A DNA stretch of 64,000 nucleotides from positions 62,613 through 126,612 of the forward strand of contig JAWOEX010000022.1 in the NCBI GenBank assembly GCA_046482545.1, read 5' to 3'. The notes below the pieces were generated by a model. It did no database searches, was not told the DNA's origin, and worked only from the letters and a program-made list of their open reading frames with translations. Source of the stretch: Candidatus Thorarchaeota archaeon. Lineage in GTDB: Archaea > Asgardarchaeota > Thorarchaeia > Thorarchaeales > Thorarchaeaceae. Shown in pieces: positions 41,352 through 52,120 of this stretch (position 1 is its first letter; each line of letters begins with the position of its first letter). The position numbers and the translations under genes were made by a program.

Positions 41352-41361
41352 ACAGTACTGT
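41352..41361. promoter_or_regulatory. Palindrome upstream of padR (candidate operator)
   Basis: ACAGTACTGT perfect palindrome just downstream of an ATTTATAT TATA box. Confidence 0.35.
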
Positions 41362-41426
41362 ATAACACTTAGTGAATGGCGAAATATAATGATGTATTAT
41401 ACTGAACGTCCAGAAGGTGGTTTCGA

Positions 41427-41795
41427 GTGAGTAAACCCCCTAAGAAGGTCTTGGACGAATTTGAACGCTGGTCAAAAGAGGTCAAGCGAGGAGCAGCTTC
41501 GCTTGCCATTCTAGCTGTGCTTGAAGAACAAGAAGCCTATGGATACGAAATCGTACGACAACTCAGTGATAGGGTTTCGTTTCTTCAATTGGAGCAAGGA
41601 ACAGTATATCCCTTACTCCGACGGCTTGAGAAGAGAGAACTGCTTGAGAGTGAATGGAACTATGACCAACCGTCCAAACCAAAGAAGTACTATAGGCTGA
41701 CTGACGCAGGGCAGAAAGCTCTTGAGATGATGATGGAGACTTGGGCCATTCTTTCCCAAGAAATGAACAAGCTGATGAAAGGAGTTGAATTCTGA
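41427..41795 (+). CDS. PadR-family transcriptional regulator
   Basis: YGYEI, GTVYPLLRRLE, KYYRLT..G. Confidence 0.92.
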   Translation: MSKPPKKVLDEFERWSKEVKRGAASLAILAVLEEQEAYGYEIVRQLSDRVSFLQLEQGTVYPLLRRLEKRELLESEWNYDQPSKPKKYYRLTDAGQKALEMMMETWAILSQEMNKLMKGVEF

Positions 41796-42907
41796 TGGGT
41801 GAAACACCGATAAAGATGATTGAGAAGTATTTGGAACGAGTTCGCGTCTATCTGCCAGTAGGGAGTGAAGACACGTTAAGGGAAATGAGAACACATTTGA
41901 TTGAGGAAGCAGAGCGGCTTGGGGATGGGAAGCTGACACACGGATCAGCTATGCTTGCCGTTGAACGTTTTGGTGATCCAAAGGATGCAGCCAACGCCTA
42001 TGCAGGCACCGGCAAGAAAGTCGGTCCCGTACCCAAAGAATATGTTCCCCCTCTGTTACGGATAGCATTGGCTCTTATTGCGCTGGGTGCTGCTTTTGCA
42101 GTAGCTAGCTACATCGTAGGGTTTGCGATACCCGGATTGGGAAATGTCATGGTTTTCCCGTACAATGTTGCGGTTATGGTTATCATATCGCTGATTTATG
42201 CGTTTGCTATTATCGGTGGGCTTTCCTTGCTTGATAGAGGGAGGATGCCGACCGAAAAGACATTCTTGGAAAAAGCATTCGGTATTGGGGCTGGTGTCTT
42301 CAAGCCTAAGAGTCGCTGGGAATCAGCTGGTGAAGCTGTCATGGGTGTAGTATTCGCTATAGTACTACTACATCCTGCAATTCAGCTCCTTTTCCCTGAT
42401 AGTTTTCTTGTTTTTCTCTATGCAGGAATCGTCTTGGTTATGCTTGACGCGCTCAAGGGACTCTTGTTCTTCCTGTACGGTGAGAACAACATTAACTTGG
42501 TTATTCAAGCTCTTGTTGCAGTGGGATGGGTTATTTTGGCACTCTTCCTGATTAATGTACCATGGCCGGTTGAACAAGTGTACGCCTTTGACGGTGAGCT
42601 CAATCTGTGGATTCTGATGACCCTCGAGGAACTTGATACACTGATGGGCAACGAGTTGAACCTCTCCTTAGTGACCAACATTTTCTGGGTCTTCACAGTC
42701 TTCGTGATCGTGATAGCGAACATGTGGGAGGTACTCATTTCAGTGATGAAGGTGCCCATGTACTTAGAAGCAGGAAAAGGATGGTGGTGGAAGGAGACGA
42801 GACCAGGGATGCCCTCGTGGTGGCCTTTTCAGGAGAATGATGTGCGTACGGAAGAGATACCAGAATCTGAACCTGATAGCTCGAGGTCTGCCAACGAAAA
42901 TCAATAG
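41795..42907 (+). CDS. PadR-associated polytopic membrane protein (HAAS-like N-terminus)
   Basis: YL..V...LP, E...H, FGDP..AA, then several TM helices. Confidence 0.75.
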   Translation: MGETPIKMIEKYLERVRVYLPVGSEDTLREMRTHLIEEAERLGDGKLTHGSAMLAVERFGDPKDAANAYAGTGKKVGPVPKEYVPPLLRIALALIALGAAFAVASYIVGFAIPGLGNVMVFPYNVAVMVIISLIYAFAIIGGLSLLDRGRMPTEKTFLEKAFGIGAGVFKPKSRWESAGEAVMGVVFAIVLLHPAIQLLFPDSFLVFLYAGIVLVMLDALKGLLFFLYGENNINLVIQALVAVGWVILALFLINVPWPVEQVYAFDGELNLWILMTLEELDTLMGNELNLSLVTNIFWVFTVFVIVIANMWEVLISVMKVPMYLEAGKGWWWKETRPGMPSWWPFQENDVRTEEIPESEPDSSRSANENQ

Positions 42908-42928
42908 CTGTACCCTACACCAACTACG

Positions 42929-42951
42929 GGGGACTTTGTCCCCCTTCTTTT
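42929..42951 (+). terminator. Hairpin with T-tract
   Basis: GGGGAC-TTT-GTCCCC followed by TTCTTTT. Confidence 0.55.
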
Positions 42952-43143
42952 GAAATCTGTAGAACAACCTATAGAATGAACTGATTCTTTGTTTCGATAT
43001 GGGTGAGCTAGTGTTGTAACTTCGTTTCGGAAATTGCATTTCATTAGTAACTTAGAACACGTGTTCCAAAAAACGCTTCTCTCGCTTTTTATTTGGCACC
43101 AGAAGCCATCCTATTATCAAGCAGACTCATTCTGTATGCTTCG

Positions 43144-43530
43144 CTATGGATTTTGTTTTCGGATAGCATATCCGTATACAACCACTCCCCAACCCCAAGA
43201 AACGAAGATACCCAGAAGCGCAATAAAGCTGAATAATCTACCATCGGTCAAATGATGCTGGAGAAACCATACACCGAATGTAAGGGCAATAGGCGTTATG
43301 CATATCGAAAGCCCGATATTGCAATAGTAGTCGCCTGCGGCTCTGCAGCTCAGCGAGCAATAGTTGCGTCGGCAGGTTCCACCCCAGAGGCACCTATCGA
43401 AATAGTCAACAGGTTTGCCACACCAGGCACACCGCTGTGTGGGATCTCCATATTCCCCCTTCCGAGGAACATCCGATACGTCCATGCTATTTACCACTAC
43501 GTGACTATTGCAAATCTGGATAAAAATCAA
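43144..43530 (-). CDS. Small Cys-rich membrane protein
   Basis: CAWC...YCSLSC followed by two TM helices. Confidence 0.55.
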   Translation of the reverse strand: MIFIQICNSHVVVNSMDVSDVPRKGEYGDPTQRCAWCGKPVDYFDRCLWGGTCRRNYCSLSCRAAGDYYCNIGLSICITPIALTFGVWFLQHHLTDGRLFSFIALLGIFVSWGWGVVVYGYAIRKQNP

Positions 43531-43787
43531 TTTCGTTTTTGAACCGAGGTTATGGAGGTGCCATTGCTACTGCTCTCAGTGATTCCGGCATCTTGTCGAT
43601 AGTGTATCTTAGAGTTCATCTAGCTACCTGCGTACTAAAAAATTCCATATCTTTTATTGAAGTATTTTAAAGTATCATGAATCTTTGAATCACAAATCAG
43701 GAAATATGAGGCATATAAATTCGCATAATTCACTTTGTTAATTCAGATTCGTTAAAAATGTACAAGACCAACTATACATGATGAAAG

Positions 43788-45074
43788 ATGAAGAAATTGC
43801 GCACGCTAACCAAAGTTGTGATGGTCGCAGTTCTCTTCCTTTTAGTCACCTCTATCACTGTAGTATACGCTCAAGAAGATGGCGAAGAGGATAGTGATGA
43901 CGATGACTATGAAGAGGAAAACGAACCTGAGTATGAACGAGACGAAGCGGGAACTGTATGGATACAAACTTCTGTAGTGACAGTGATGCTAGATTCACAG
44001 CAACCTGCGTATCAGTACTGGTACAGTGCAGACGAGAACGGAAGTCTAGCCCGATTTCGCGTGGCATATCCGATGATTATCGAGTTCGAGGATAATAACG
44101 GAGACAGTGCTTACCAAGTGAATGAGACTATTGGATTTGTACCTCTCGGTGCATTCGAATGGACACTTCAGACAGGGTCGGTAACGAATGACGAAGGACT
44201 GAACGAGGAGGTCTATGCATCATATACAAAGGGCGGTATTTCGGGCAATGATTGGGATGATGATTGGTATGAAGATTGGATGCCTGAAACCGAGGAGAAT
44301 GACACTGATGATGAAGATGATGAGCAAGACCCTTTTGCCCTTGCAGATGAAGACTCTGACGATGATGGAGTGAATCTGACCAAGTATGAAGATATGACCG
44401 TGCAATTCTACGCTCATATCTATCTGAGTGACTACAATGGTTCCGTTACCGATGATGCGGGTGTACAGGCAAACTACACCGTTAGCGCAGGAACTGAACT
44501 CAAGATAGACATCGAAATCGGTAATTTCCCGTTTAGATCAAACACCTCAAAAGTGACAGTCCTGAACTTCTTGCAGGAGGACATCGCTGCCAGTGAAGAC
44601 TCGAATCATAAGTTCGTAACGAATGAAGACGACGGAGAGCACGAGTACGAATCCGAGGATGAGTGGGAATCTGGTGATGAAATGGGAGAGACATTTGATG
44701 ATGTGGATGAAGACGATGACGGGGAGGACGACGATGTCCAGAATATCTCGCTTGTTGAGAATTCAACAAATACCACGCGAGCTTTCTACTCGTGGTTGAA
44801 CAAGGCCATAATCGATTTCCCAAATGGAACAACAAACGCAGTTGATGTCAAAGCATCATATTTCACAACTGGTGAAGCTCTACTACTCTTCCTTGCGTAT
44901 CCAAATTTCGATGATGGATCTCTGGTTCATGACCCGTCAATGAAACTCGTGCCTGAGTCATCGCCAGTTCAACAACCGACAAGGAACCTACCAGCAATTC
45001 CTCTTGAGGTTGCTATTGGCGCATCTGCTATAGGCGTAATAGCTGTAGCAGCTCTACTAATACGGAAGCGGTAA
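43788..45074 (+). CDS. Acidic secreted protein with C-terminal membrane anchor
   Basis: Signal peptide, D/E-rich tracts, N-glycosylation sequons, TM plus RKR tail. Confidence 0.75.
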   Translation: MKKLRTLTKVVMVAVLFLLVTSITVVYAQEDGEEDSDDDDYEEENEPEYERDEAGTVWIQTSVVTVMLDSQQPAYQYWYSADENGSLARFRVAYPMIIEFEDNNGDSAYQVNETIGFVPLGAFEWTLQTGSVTNDEGLNEEVYASYTKGGISGNDWDDDWYEDWMPETEENDTDDEDDEQDPFALADEDSDDDGVNLTKYEDMTVQFYAHIYLSDYNGSVTDDAGVQANYTVSAGTELKIDIEIGNFPFRSNTSKVTVLNFLQEDIAASEDSNHKFVTNEDDGEHEYESEDEWESGDEMGETFDDVDEDDDGEDDDVQNISLVENSTNTTRAFYSWLNKAIIDFPNGTTNAVDVKASYFTTGEALLLFLAYPNFDDGSLVHDPSMKLVPESSPVQQPTRNLPAIPLEVAIGASAIGVIAVAALLIRKR

Positions 45075-45146
45075 AATAAGAAGGGAGGATTCCACTTCCT
45101 CTCTTGATATTTCTTGATGCATAGATGAAGGGAATGGCGAGTCAAC

Positions 45147-46157
45147 ATGGCTATAGACAAGAGAAAAGCATTCTTTCTCATATTGGCGGCATTTTCCGTA
45201 CTACAATTCCTTGTACCAACCAATCAACCATATATCATCTCCCAGACTACTGATGGAATCGTCGAAACTAGAAATGCAAGAATTGAGGTAACGCTTGGCC
45301 GAGAAGAGAGCATGATTGATTTTACGACAAAGGTAACCAACAAAGGTGAAGATAGTCTGAATCAGCTTGAATTCCGTTTTGATATTCGCCAGATGGAGTT
45401 ACATTCCAGTATGGTCGGTGGCAACAATGTATCTGGCACACTACATCCCGAGGATAGATTTACGGTTCTGCGGTTATCTGTGCAAGATCCAATTGAAGCT
45501 AATACCACAAAAAGCATAGAAGTGCATCTTTCAAGTGAAACATTGACTGAGCGTTTAGGGTTACGAAACAATGGCACGCTAGAACAGTATCAGATGATTT
45601 ACTATCTAAGACCAATCAATGAGCATTATAACCTAACCTTTTGTGTGAATCTACAAGCCCATGCTGTGCTGAATAGTGAGAATTCCGCTTCTCTCTTTCC
45701 GAGACCAGATTCCAACTATACCGATGGGAAATCAATGGGTTTCGTATGGAAGGTGGAGCATATCTCGCCCGGACAAGCCAAATCTTTCATAGTGAAATAC
45801 GGACTTCCTGTTACATTAATTCAGTCATCCGCGGATTCTCCATATGGGATTTTGTTCCTGATACTAGCCGGATTTGGAGGAGCAGCACTTGTGCTGATTC
45901 TACAGAAGATGCCTGACGTAATACGCAGCTTTCAGCCCCAAGTATACACATTCAACGGATCTTCCAGGAATGAAGAAGAGATTCTTCGATTGATAACACG
46001 CAAAGGTGGAACCTGTCCACAAAAGGTGATATACGAAGAACTCGATTTCTCACAATCCATGGTCAGTATGCTCCTGAACGGTCTTGAGGAGCGAGGAATA
46101 GTACGGAGATTCAAAGATGGCCGTCACAACGTGGTCCATCTTGTTGAGAAAGAGTAG
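45147..46157 (+). CDS. Membrane-anchored protein with cytoplasmic winged-HTH
   Basis: Signal, extracellular domain, TM, then E.EIL...Q..I...L.FS.S.VS..L..LE.RG.V.R.K.GR. Confidence 0.78.
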   Translation: MAIDKRKAFFLILAAFSVLQFLVPTNQPYIISQTTDGIVETRNARIEVTLGREESMIDFTTKVTNKGEDSLNQLEFRFDIRQMELHSSMVGGNNVSGTLHPEDRFTVLRLSVQDPIEANTTKSIEVHLSSETLTERLGLRNNGTLEQYQMIYYLRPINEHYNLTFCVNLQAHAVLNSENSASLFPRPDSNYTDGKSMGFVWKVEHISPGQAKSFIVKYGLPVTLIQSSADSPYGILFLILAGFGGAALVLILQKMPDVIRSFQPQVYTFNGSSRNEEEILRLITRKGGTCPQKVIYEELDFSQSMVSMLLNGLEERGIVRRFKDGRHNVVHLVEKE

Positions 46158-46337
46158 GTCCCGCGAACCATATGGAATGGGCAATAACTGTCGCATCGAG
46201 ATTGCATCTGAGATGATGATTTCCTGTTATACTTGATATCTCATATACATATGGTTCCTGTAGATTTGAGTAACCAACCCCATCTAATCGATTACAAATT
46301 ACCAGTATTTCCTTTGATAGGGTACAGATAATACCAC

Positions 46338-47414
46338 CTACCGTACAGTTTCTAGCCCCTCCATTATCGACTCTCCATGAAGCTTCCGAAGTTTTCTCCT
46401 TAGGAAGGCCAAGGTGACGTATTGCTGAGAGATTGAAAATGTCATTTCGGGGGAGAGATAGAAATTCCTTACAGCTCCAATTGAGTCTGTAAAGCGCCGA
46501 TCGTAGTTCTCAATCCATGATAAGAAATTCTCTACTCTGTAGAAGCTACTGAATGTCACCAGATTATACCTTTCCTTGCTGGCTTCTATCATCATTGATA
46601 TGTGTGGATCATTTTGGAGTGTGGAAAGAATCCGTCTCCTTCTCTTTCTTATTTCAAGTAGGGAAATAACTAAGAAATACTTGGGTGGAACCCACACCCT
46701 GGGGAAACGGCACACAGGTTCAGATACTATTCCCTGCTCTTGAAACGTCTCTATTCTTCTTTGTATTGTGCGGCGGTGCTTGCCGAGTTTTCTTGCAAGT
46801 TCATTCGGATTTGTCTTGATTGCCTTACCTTGTGAAAGTGCTTCCAGTATTTCAACCGTTATCTCATCAAGATCCATACCCTTTATGTGACTATGATGTC
46901 CCTTTTCGAAATTCTCTTTGAAAACCTGCATCGGAGCAGATGGGTTATATTTGATAATAGACTCTGAACTGAGATAGATGGGATCAGAAATGATATGCTC
47001 TTGACCACGGGGCAATGAGATTTTATGTTCTTCAACGGCTTGATTTTTCCAGACTTGATATGAATGAAGGTCTTCATGGATTTCTATCATCAAAGTATTG
47101 TATTCTTCTTCCTTTACAAAAAATGCGGCCCAAATTTGCGGGTCAAGTTCAATCCATTCATTAGTTCTAGGATTTCGGGGGAAATTAGCTCGTTCTATGA
47201 CTAAAAGAGGAAATACCTTGAACAGATAGGGAGCTGGTTGAAATGGGCGGTCAACAAGCCCTTTACTGAAGATATTCTCCAGGCGCGATGAGATTGTGTT
47301 TCTATGGTGGCCCAATAAACTTGACAGTGCGCTTATGTTGATGTCTATTCCCTCACCTGATACTATCAGGTCTAACAGACGAACGTTCAATTCCTCGTTT
47401 AGGAGTTCGCTCAA
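46338..47414 (-). CDS. Tandem Lrp/AsnC-like transcriptional regulator
   Basis: Two HTH repeats (LSSLLGHHRNTI; LARKLGKHRRTI); divergent from gdhA. Confidence 0.7.
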   Translation of the reverse strand: MSELLNEELNVRLLDLIVSGEGIDINISALSSLLGHHRNTISSRLENIFSKGLVDRPFQPAPYLFKVFPLLVIERANFPRNPRTNEWIELDPQIWAAFFVKEEEYNTLMIEIHEDLHSYQVWKNQAVEEHKISLPRGQEHIISDPIYLSSESIIKYNPSAPMQVFKENFEKGHHSHIKGMDLDEITVEILEALSQGKAIKTNPNELARKLGKHRRTIQRRIETFQEQGIVSEPVCRFPRVWVPPKYFLVISLLEIRKRRRRILSTLQNDPHISMMIEASKERYNLVTFSSFYRVENFLSWIENYDRRFTDSIGAVRNFYLSPEMTFSISQQYVTLAFLRRKLRKLHGESIMEGLETVR

Positions 47415-47771
47415 TTATCACTGCCTCCATCTATTCCTCTTATTGATATTACCCTTAGATACTATTCGCTTCTGAATATGACACTAATTTACACATATCA
47501 GTATAAGAGGTATAAAAATGACGTGTCTCTCACAAAACTACACACAATTTTGATGAAACACGTCATAAATATTGGGAAACATGTTGATTTCTGACATTTA
47601 TCATCCATTTTTATCCCTTTCCTGTACATCAATTACTTCCTAAATGTTATTCTATGTCACATTATTGTCTATATAATGAGCCAATTCTATGATAAAATAT
47701 GTCATTTAAGTTCAATTACAGTACAATAAATTTATATCTCATTTACAATGTAATGTAATTGTGTAATATCC

Positions 47772-48974
47772 ATGACCGTCATAGATGACAGTAATGTATT
47801 TGATACAGAAAATATAGTGGAGGCACTCGGACAGGTGAACGTGTCCGCATTCCTGGATAAATGGGGGCCTGAAGAGGTCATTCAAGTCTATGAACCCGAA
47901 ACACAAATGCAGGGTTTTCTAGTAATTGATAATACTGCACGTGGTCCCGGCAAGGGCGGAATCAGGATATCTGAATCTGTGACTCCACTTGAAGTATTCA
48001 AGCTAGCGCGAGCTATGACTTGGAAGTGTGCCTTGGCAGATCTTCCTTTTGGGGGGGCAAAATCTGGGATTAGGGTGAATCCTTACAACTCTGACAAATG
48101 CAAATTGATTAGAGCATTTGCGCAGAAGATTGCACCTCTTGTTCCTGCGAAATACATTGCAGCACCAGATATGAATGTTGGAGAGGAAGAGATTGCTGCA
48201 TTTGTCGAGACTGTGGGTGACCTCCAATCGGCAACTGGGAAACCACGCGACATGGGAGGAATTCCCCACGAACTGGGTACTACTGGATTCGGTGTGGGAG
48301 TTGCCCTAGAGAAGGGTCTTGATATGCTTCACGAGAATCTCTCACTATCATCGGATCTAGCCGAGAATAGAGTTGTCATTCAGGGATTTGGAAATGTCGG
48401 TCTTGGCGTTGCTGAATATCTATCCAAGAGAAACGCCAAAATAGTTGCATTGAATGATTACTGGGGTACCACATATGCACCTGATGGCATAGATTTCGAG
48501 AAGGTCAAGAAACATGCGTATGCTACCAGTGAGTCTGCCTCAGTGAAGAACTATGCAGACGGTACGGAGCTACCTCGTGATCATATATTCTCCATCGATT
48601 GTGACATTTTTGTTCCTTGCGCTGTCGGGAACGTTATCAATGCGAAAACTGCACCCGAACTGAAAGCTCGATACATAGTCGAAGGGGCAAACAATGCTAC
48701 AAATCCAAAAACGGGAGAAGCCCTATACCGGCGAGGTGTAACCATTATTCCTGATTTTCTTGCCAACTCTGGTGGTGTGATAGGCTCTTATGTCGAGTAC
48801 AAAGGAGGAGACTCGGCTGAAGCGTTCTCAATGATTGAATCTAAAATTAGGGCAAACACCGAAGTAGTGCTTTCTGAATCAGTCGATAGAGGATTACCTC
48901 CAAGACATGTTGCAATGGAAGTTGCCCAGCGACGAGTTCTCGAAGCAATGGAAGAACGACAAGCGGATCGATAA
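47772..48974 (+). CDS. gdhA: Glutamate dehydrogenase (Glu/Leu/Phe/Val family)
   Basis: GPGKGGIR, MTWK, GGAKSG, APD, QGFGNVG, EGAN, PDFLANSGGV. Confidence 0.9.
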   Translation: MTVIDDSNVFDTENIVEALGQVNVSAFLDKWGPEEVIQVYEPETQMQGFLVIDNTARGPGKGGIRISESVTPLEVFKLARAMTWKCALADLPFGGAKSGIRVNPYNSDKCKLIRAFAQKIAPLVPAKYIAAPDMNVGEEEIAAFVETVGDLQSATGKPRDMGGIPHELGTTGFGVGVALEKGLDMLHENLSLSSDLAENRVVIQGFGNVGLGVAEYLSKRNAKIVALNDYWGTTYAPDGIDFEKVKKHAYATSESASVKNYADGTELPRDHIFSIDCDIFVPCAVGNVINAKTAPELKARYIVEGANNATNPKTGEALYRRGVTIIPDFLANSGGVIGSYVEYKGGDSAEAFSMIESKIRANTEVVLSESVDRGLPPRHVAMEVAQRRVLEAMEERQADR

Positions 48975-48977
48975 ACA

Positions 48978-49793
48978 ATGGTAGGCAGGCTGGAAGCTCC
49001 CTTGGGGATGCAATTCTCCCTTATTTGGGGGAACATGCGAAACCTTATAGACTTCACCACCATAAGAGTGCCTAGCCGCATTCGACTTATTGGCAGCATT
49101 CCCGGGCAGTTTCCAGTTGATGCCTACTACCCTATTTTTCTCGAAGAACCACGAGATGGAAAAAGATCCAACCTGTTTGGAAGGCACAACCATTCTAACA
49201 GGGTAACATGGAACCAGCTCGGAAAACCTGATTGGAAAAATATGCGGATAAGCCCATTGCCAGTGTATAACTATGAAGAAGGAATCGATCTCGACACGTT
49301 AAGACATGTCTTTCCTTGGCTTGTTGGTGAATGGAACTCTTCTCTTGTTCCAGCTGGAATTCCTTGTTCTGCCATGGCAGCAACAATGAGGGGTGATTAC
49401 TGCGAGGGAAGAGAAGCACAGCTGGCCTTGGTGACACTTCTGTGGGCCAATGGTACCGCAAAACAGCTCAAGCTAGAATGGTTCCAAGGGCCACTTGATG
49501 ACTGCGTTAGTCCCGAATGGCATCTACAGACATCTTCCATAATCTCAGTTGCCCAATCTACGCATAGCACCCGTGACTACATTCGTAATGCTCCTTCTTG
49601 GGGCAGGCCATCTTTCTCACTGTTCGTCAATCCAACATGTATAGCTGAAGCCATTGTTTCCAAGGCTGAAGGTACAAGACAACAGAAGGGCTGGGATTAC
49701 GGGTTCTACTACACTGATGAAGATGATTTTAGGGCAGAAACCATCCGAGTCTCAGAAGAGCTCGAGAATATGCTATCCATGCACTTCACCTAG
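48978..49793 (+). CDS. Hypothetical protein
   Basis: 271-aa ORF starting 3 nt after gdhA. Confidence 0.55.
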   Translation: MVGRLEAPLGMQFSLIWGNMRNLIDFTTIRVPSRIRLIGSIPGQFPVDAYYPIFLEEPRDGKRSNLFGRHNHSNRVTWNQLGKPDWKNMRISPLPVYNYEEGIDLDTLRHVFPWLVGEWNSSLVPAGIPCSAMAATMRGDYCEGREAQLALVTLLWANGTAKQLKLEWFQGPLDDCVSPEWHLQTSSIISVAQSTHSTRDYIRNAPSWGRPSFSLFVNPTCIAEAIVSKAEGTRQQKGWDYGFYYTDEDDFRAETIRVSEELENMLSMHFT

Positions 49794-50124
49794 TTATGAT
49801 TCTGTCCGGGATATCGTAAATTTGTAGGCCGGAATATATTCAGTCATTGCATCTTTGCCATATTTTGTCATTTTTCATTTGATGGTTACTTACTCCACGA
49901 ATATCGAGGCATGCGGTTTGCGTCAATATATTGTGGCCGGCCCTGCCTATTCAGTTTTCTGCACCATTGAAGAGATTTCAATGTGGGAATACAACAACTC
50001 CTTCGACTTTCCTGCTGCGAAAAATCCAGGAGGAGCTATCTATGGTCCGGATTCGATGGTCATCCGACTCGCCGACAAGAAGATAAGACCTCACCAGAAT
50101 ACTTCATGAACAGGGTGCCACCAA

Positions 50125-51939
50125 ATGAGAATGATACAGATCTCGGACGTCTTCGATGTACCTGACCTTGAACTGGTTTCGTTGTCCCATGATAGTGAAT
50201 TCCTATTAGTAGCAAGCAATAGGGACAACGTTCCACATGTGTACCAAATCCGCCTATCAAATCCAGATGAATGGATTGATCTCACTCCGGGAGAAGACAG
50301 AGTTGCTACTGGAAGCCTCTCGGCTGATGACTCGCGATTCTTATTTCCCCGAGAGACGGCTGGAAACGAGAAGCATGACCTGTTTGTCACCGACCTTGAG
50401 TCTTATGAAACCTCTCTGCTACTCGACTTAGACTCCATACGCGTTTTCAAGGCGGATTGGACGCCTGATGACCGTAACATCCTCTTCGATGGTTCATCCG
50501 CGTCAGAAATGGCGCTTCGCCGCTTCATACTGTCGGAGAAGGAGACTACCACCATCTACAAAACGACCGAGATGTCAGCCATGGGATTCATCAATCCTGA
50601 GAAACCATTTGTCACGTACAGTGAACAGAAAGAGAACCATCCCACAGCAATGGATATCAAGGTCATTAACTACGAAACATCCGAGATTGAAGATACGATA
50701 TCGCAGGGGCAAAACAGCCGAGATTATGATTTGGCATGGAGCACTGATGGGTCAAAGCTACTTTTTTGGACCAATGCACCAGGTACCCCGACACTTGCAG
50801 TTTGGGATATGAAGACATCTGAGGCAGCTTACTCTCAAGCGACCGAGCTCGGGCTTGGAATCGATTATGAGATTGCCAAATGGATACCTGATACTGATGA
50901 CATTGTATACGCGGCCAAGCTGAATGGTGAGACCAGACTCTTCAGAGAGAACGTTTTTGACTCTGAAGAACCCAAGGAACTACCCATTCAGAATGGTTGG
51001 ATAAGTGGAATGAAGACAGACAAGAATCGCCCTGATGTGTTGTTCATTGCATGGTCTAGCACAGCAAATCCAAACCAAATAGGGAAATACAATATTGAAT
51101 CCGGCGATTTTGAAGTCATCCTTGATTCCAAACCCGATGATTTCACCACCAAGCTATCACAGTCCGAGTTTCTCCGCTATCCGACATTCGACGAGTGGAA
51201 GATTCCTGCTTTTGAGGTCCCACCAAGTCCTGATGCCCCCAAGCTCGATGGAGAACCAATTATCATTCTCGTTCATGGTGGTCCGTGGTGGGAGTTCTCA
51301 AATAGCTGGTCTGCTATGGGAACGGTCATCCAAGCGTATAGCACTGCAGGCTTCCGTGTATTCTGTCCAAACATCCGTGGGAGCACAGGCTATGGCGACG
51401 AATACCAATTCTGCAACATAGGTGATCTGGGCGGCGACGATCTAAAGGACGTCCTCGAGGCACGAAAATACATGGCCAAGAAGTATCCCGACACCAAGAA
51501 ATTCTTCTTGACCGGGGCAAGCTACGGTGGCTTCATGGCATTTCTAGCCCTGACCAAACACCCAGGAGTCTTCGATGCAGGTGCTGCGATAGTTGGCATT
51601 ACGGACTGGGTGGAGATGCATCGGCTGGGGGATGCAGTATTCAAACGTTTCACGGAGAATTTCTTTGAAGGTCCCCCAGACAGCAACAGGGAGCTCTATG
51701 AAGATCGTTCAGCCATCAATTTTGTGGAGAAGATGGAGGATTCCCTTCTGATAATCCATAGAGCCAATGACTCACGCTGTCCAGTCCAACCAATCTACAC
51801 ATTCACTGGGAAAGCAGTCTCGCTTGGCAAGCCTGTTGAAATCTATGTCGAGAGAAAGGCTGGTCACGGGGCTCAGAAGATGGATCATGTGCGTCAGCAA
51901 TATGGAAGAGTGATTGACTTTTTCAGCAATCACCTATAG
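50125..51939 (+). CDS. S9 family peptidase (acylaminoacyl-peptidase-like)
   Basis: Beta-propeller plus VHGGP, NIRGSTGYG, GASYGG, D and GH catalytic triad. Confidence 0.92.
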   Translation: MRMIQISDVFDVPDLELVSLSHDSEFLLVASNRDNVPHVYQIRLSNPDEWIDLTPGEDRVATGSLSADDSRFLFPRETAGNEKHDLFVTDLESYETSLLLDLDSIRVFKADWTPDDRNILFDGSSASEMALRRFILSEKETTTIYKTTEMSAMGFINPEKPFVTYSEQKENHPTAMDIKVINYETSEIEDTISQGQNSRDYDLAWSTDGSKLLFWTNAPGTPTLAVWDMKTSEAAYSQATELGLGIDYEIAKWIPDTDDIVYAAKLNGETRLFRENVFDSEEPKELPIQNGWISGMKTDKNRPDVLFIAWSSTANPNQIGKYNIESGDFEVILDSKPDDFTTKLSQSEFLRYPTFDEWKIPAFEVPPSPDAPKLDGEPIIILVHGGPWWEFSNSWSAMGTVIQAYSTAGFRVFCPNIRGSTGYGDEYQFCNIGDLGGDDLKDVLEARKYMAKKYPDTKKFFLTGASYGGFMAFLALTKHPGVFDAGAAIVGITDWVEMHRLGDAVFKRFTENFFEGPPDSNRELYEDRSAINFVEKMEDSLLIIHRANDSRCPVQPIYTFTGKAVSLGKPVEIYVERKAGHGAQKMDHVRQQYGRVIDFFSNHL

Positions 51940-52120
51940 CCCACTTGCTACTGACTAAGAACGGAGTGCATCAACGGCTGCCGCCGCCTGAAATGACCCG
52001 ACAGAACATTCACTTCAGACATAAAATTAATCGTTGACAAAATTATGAAGAAACTATATACAATTTCCGAGAACCTTAGAGTATAAGAGCTCAGATAATA
52101 ATGAGCGGAACGCGAGGCTC

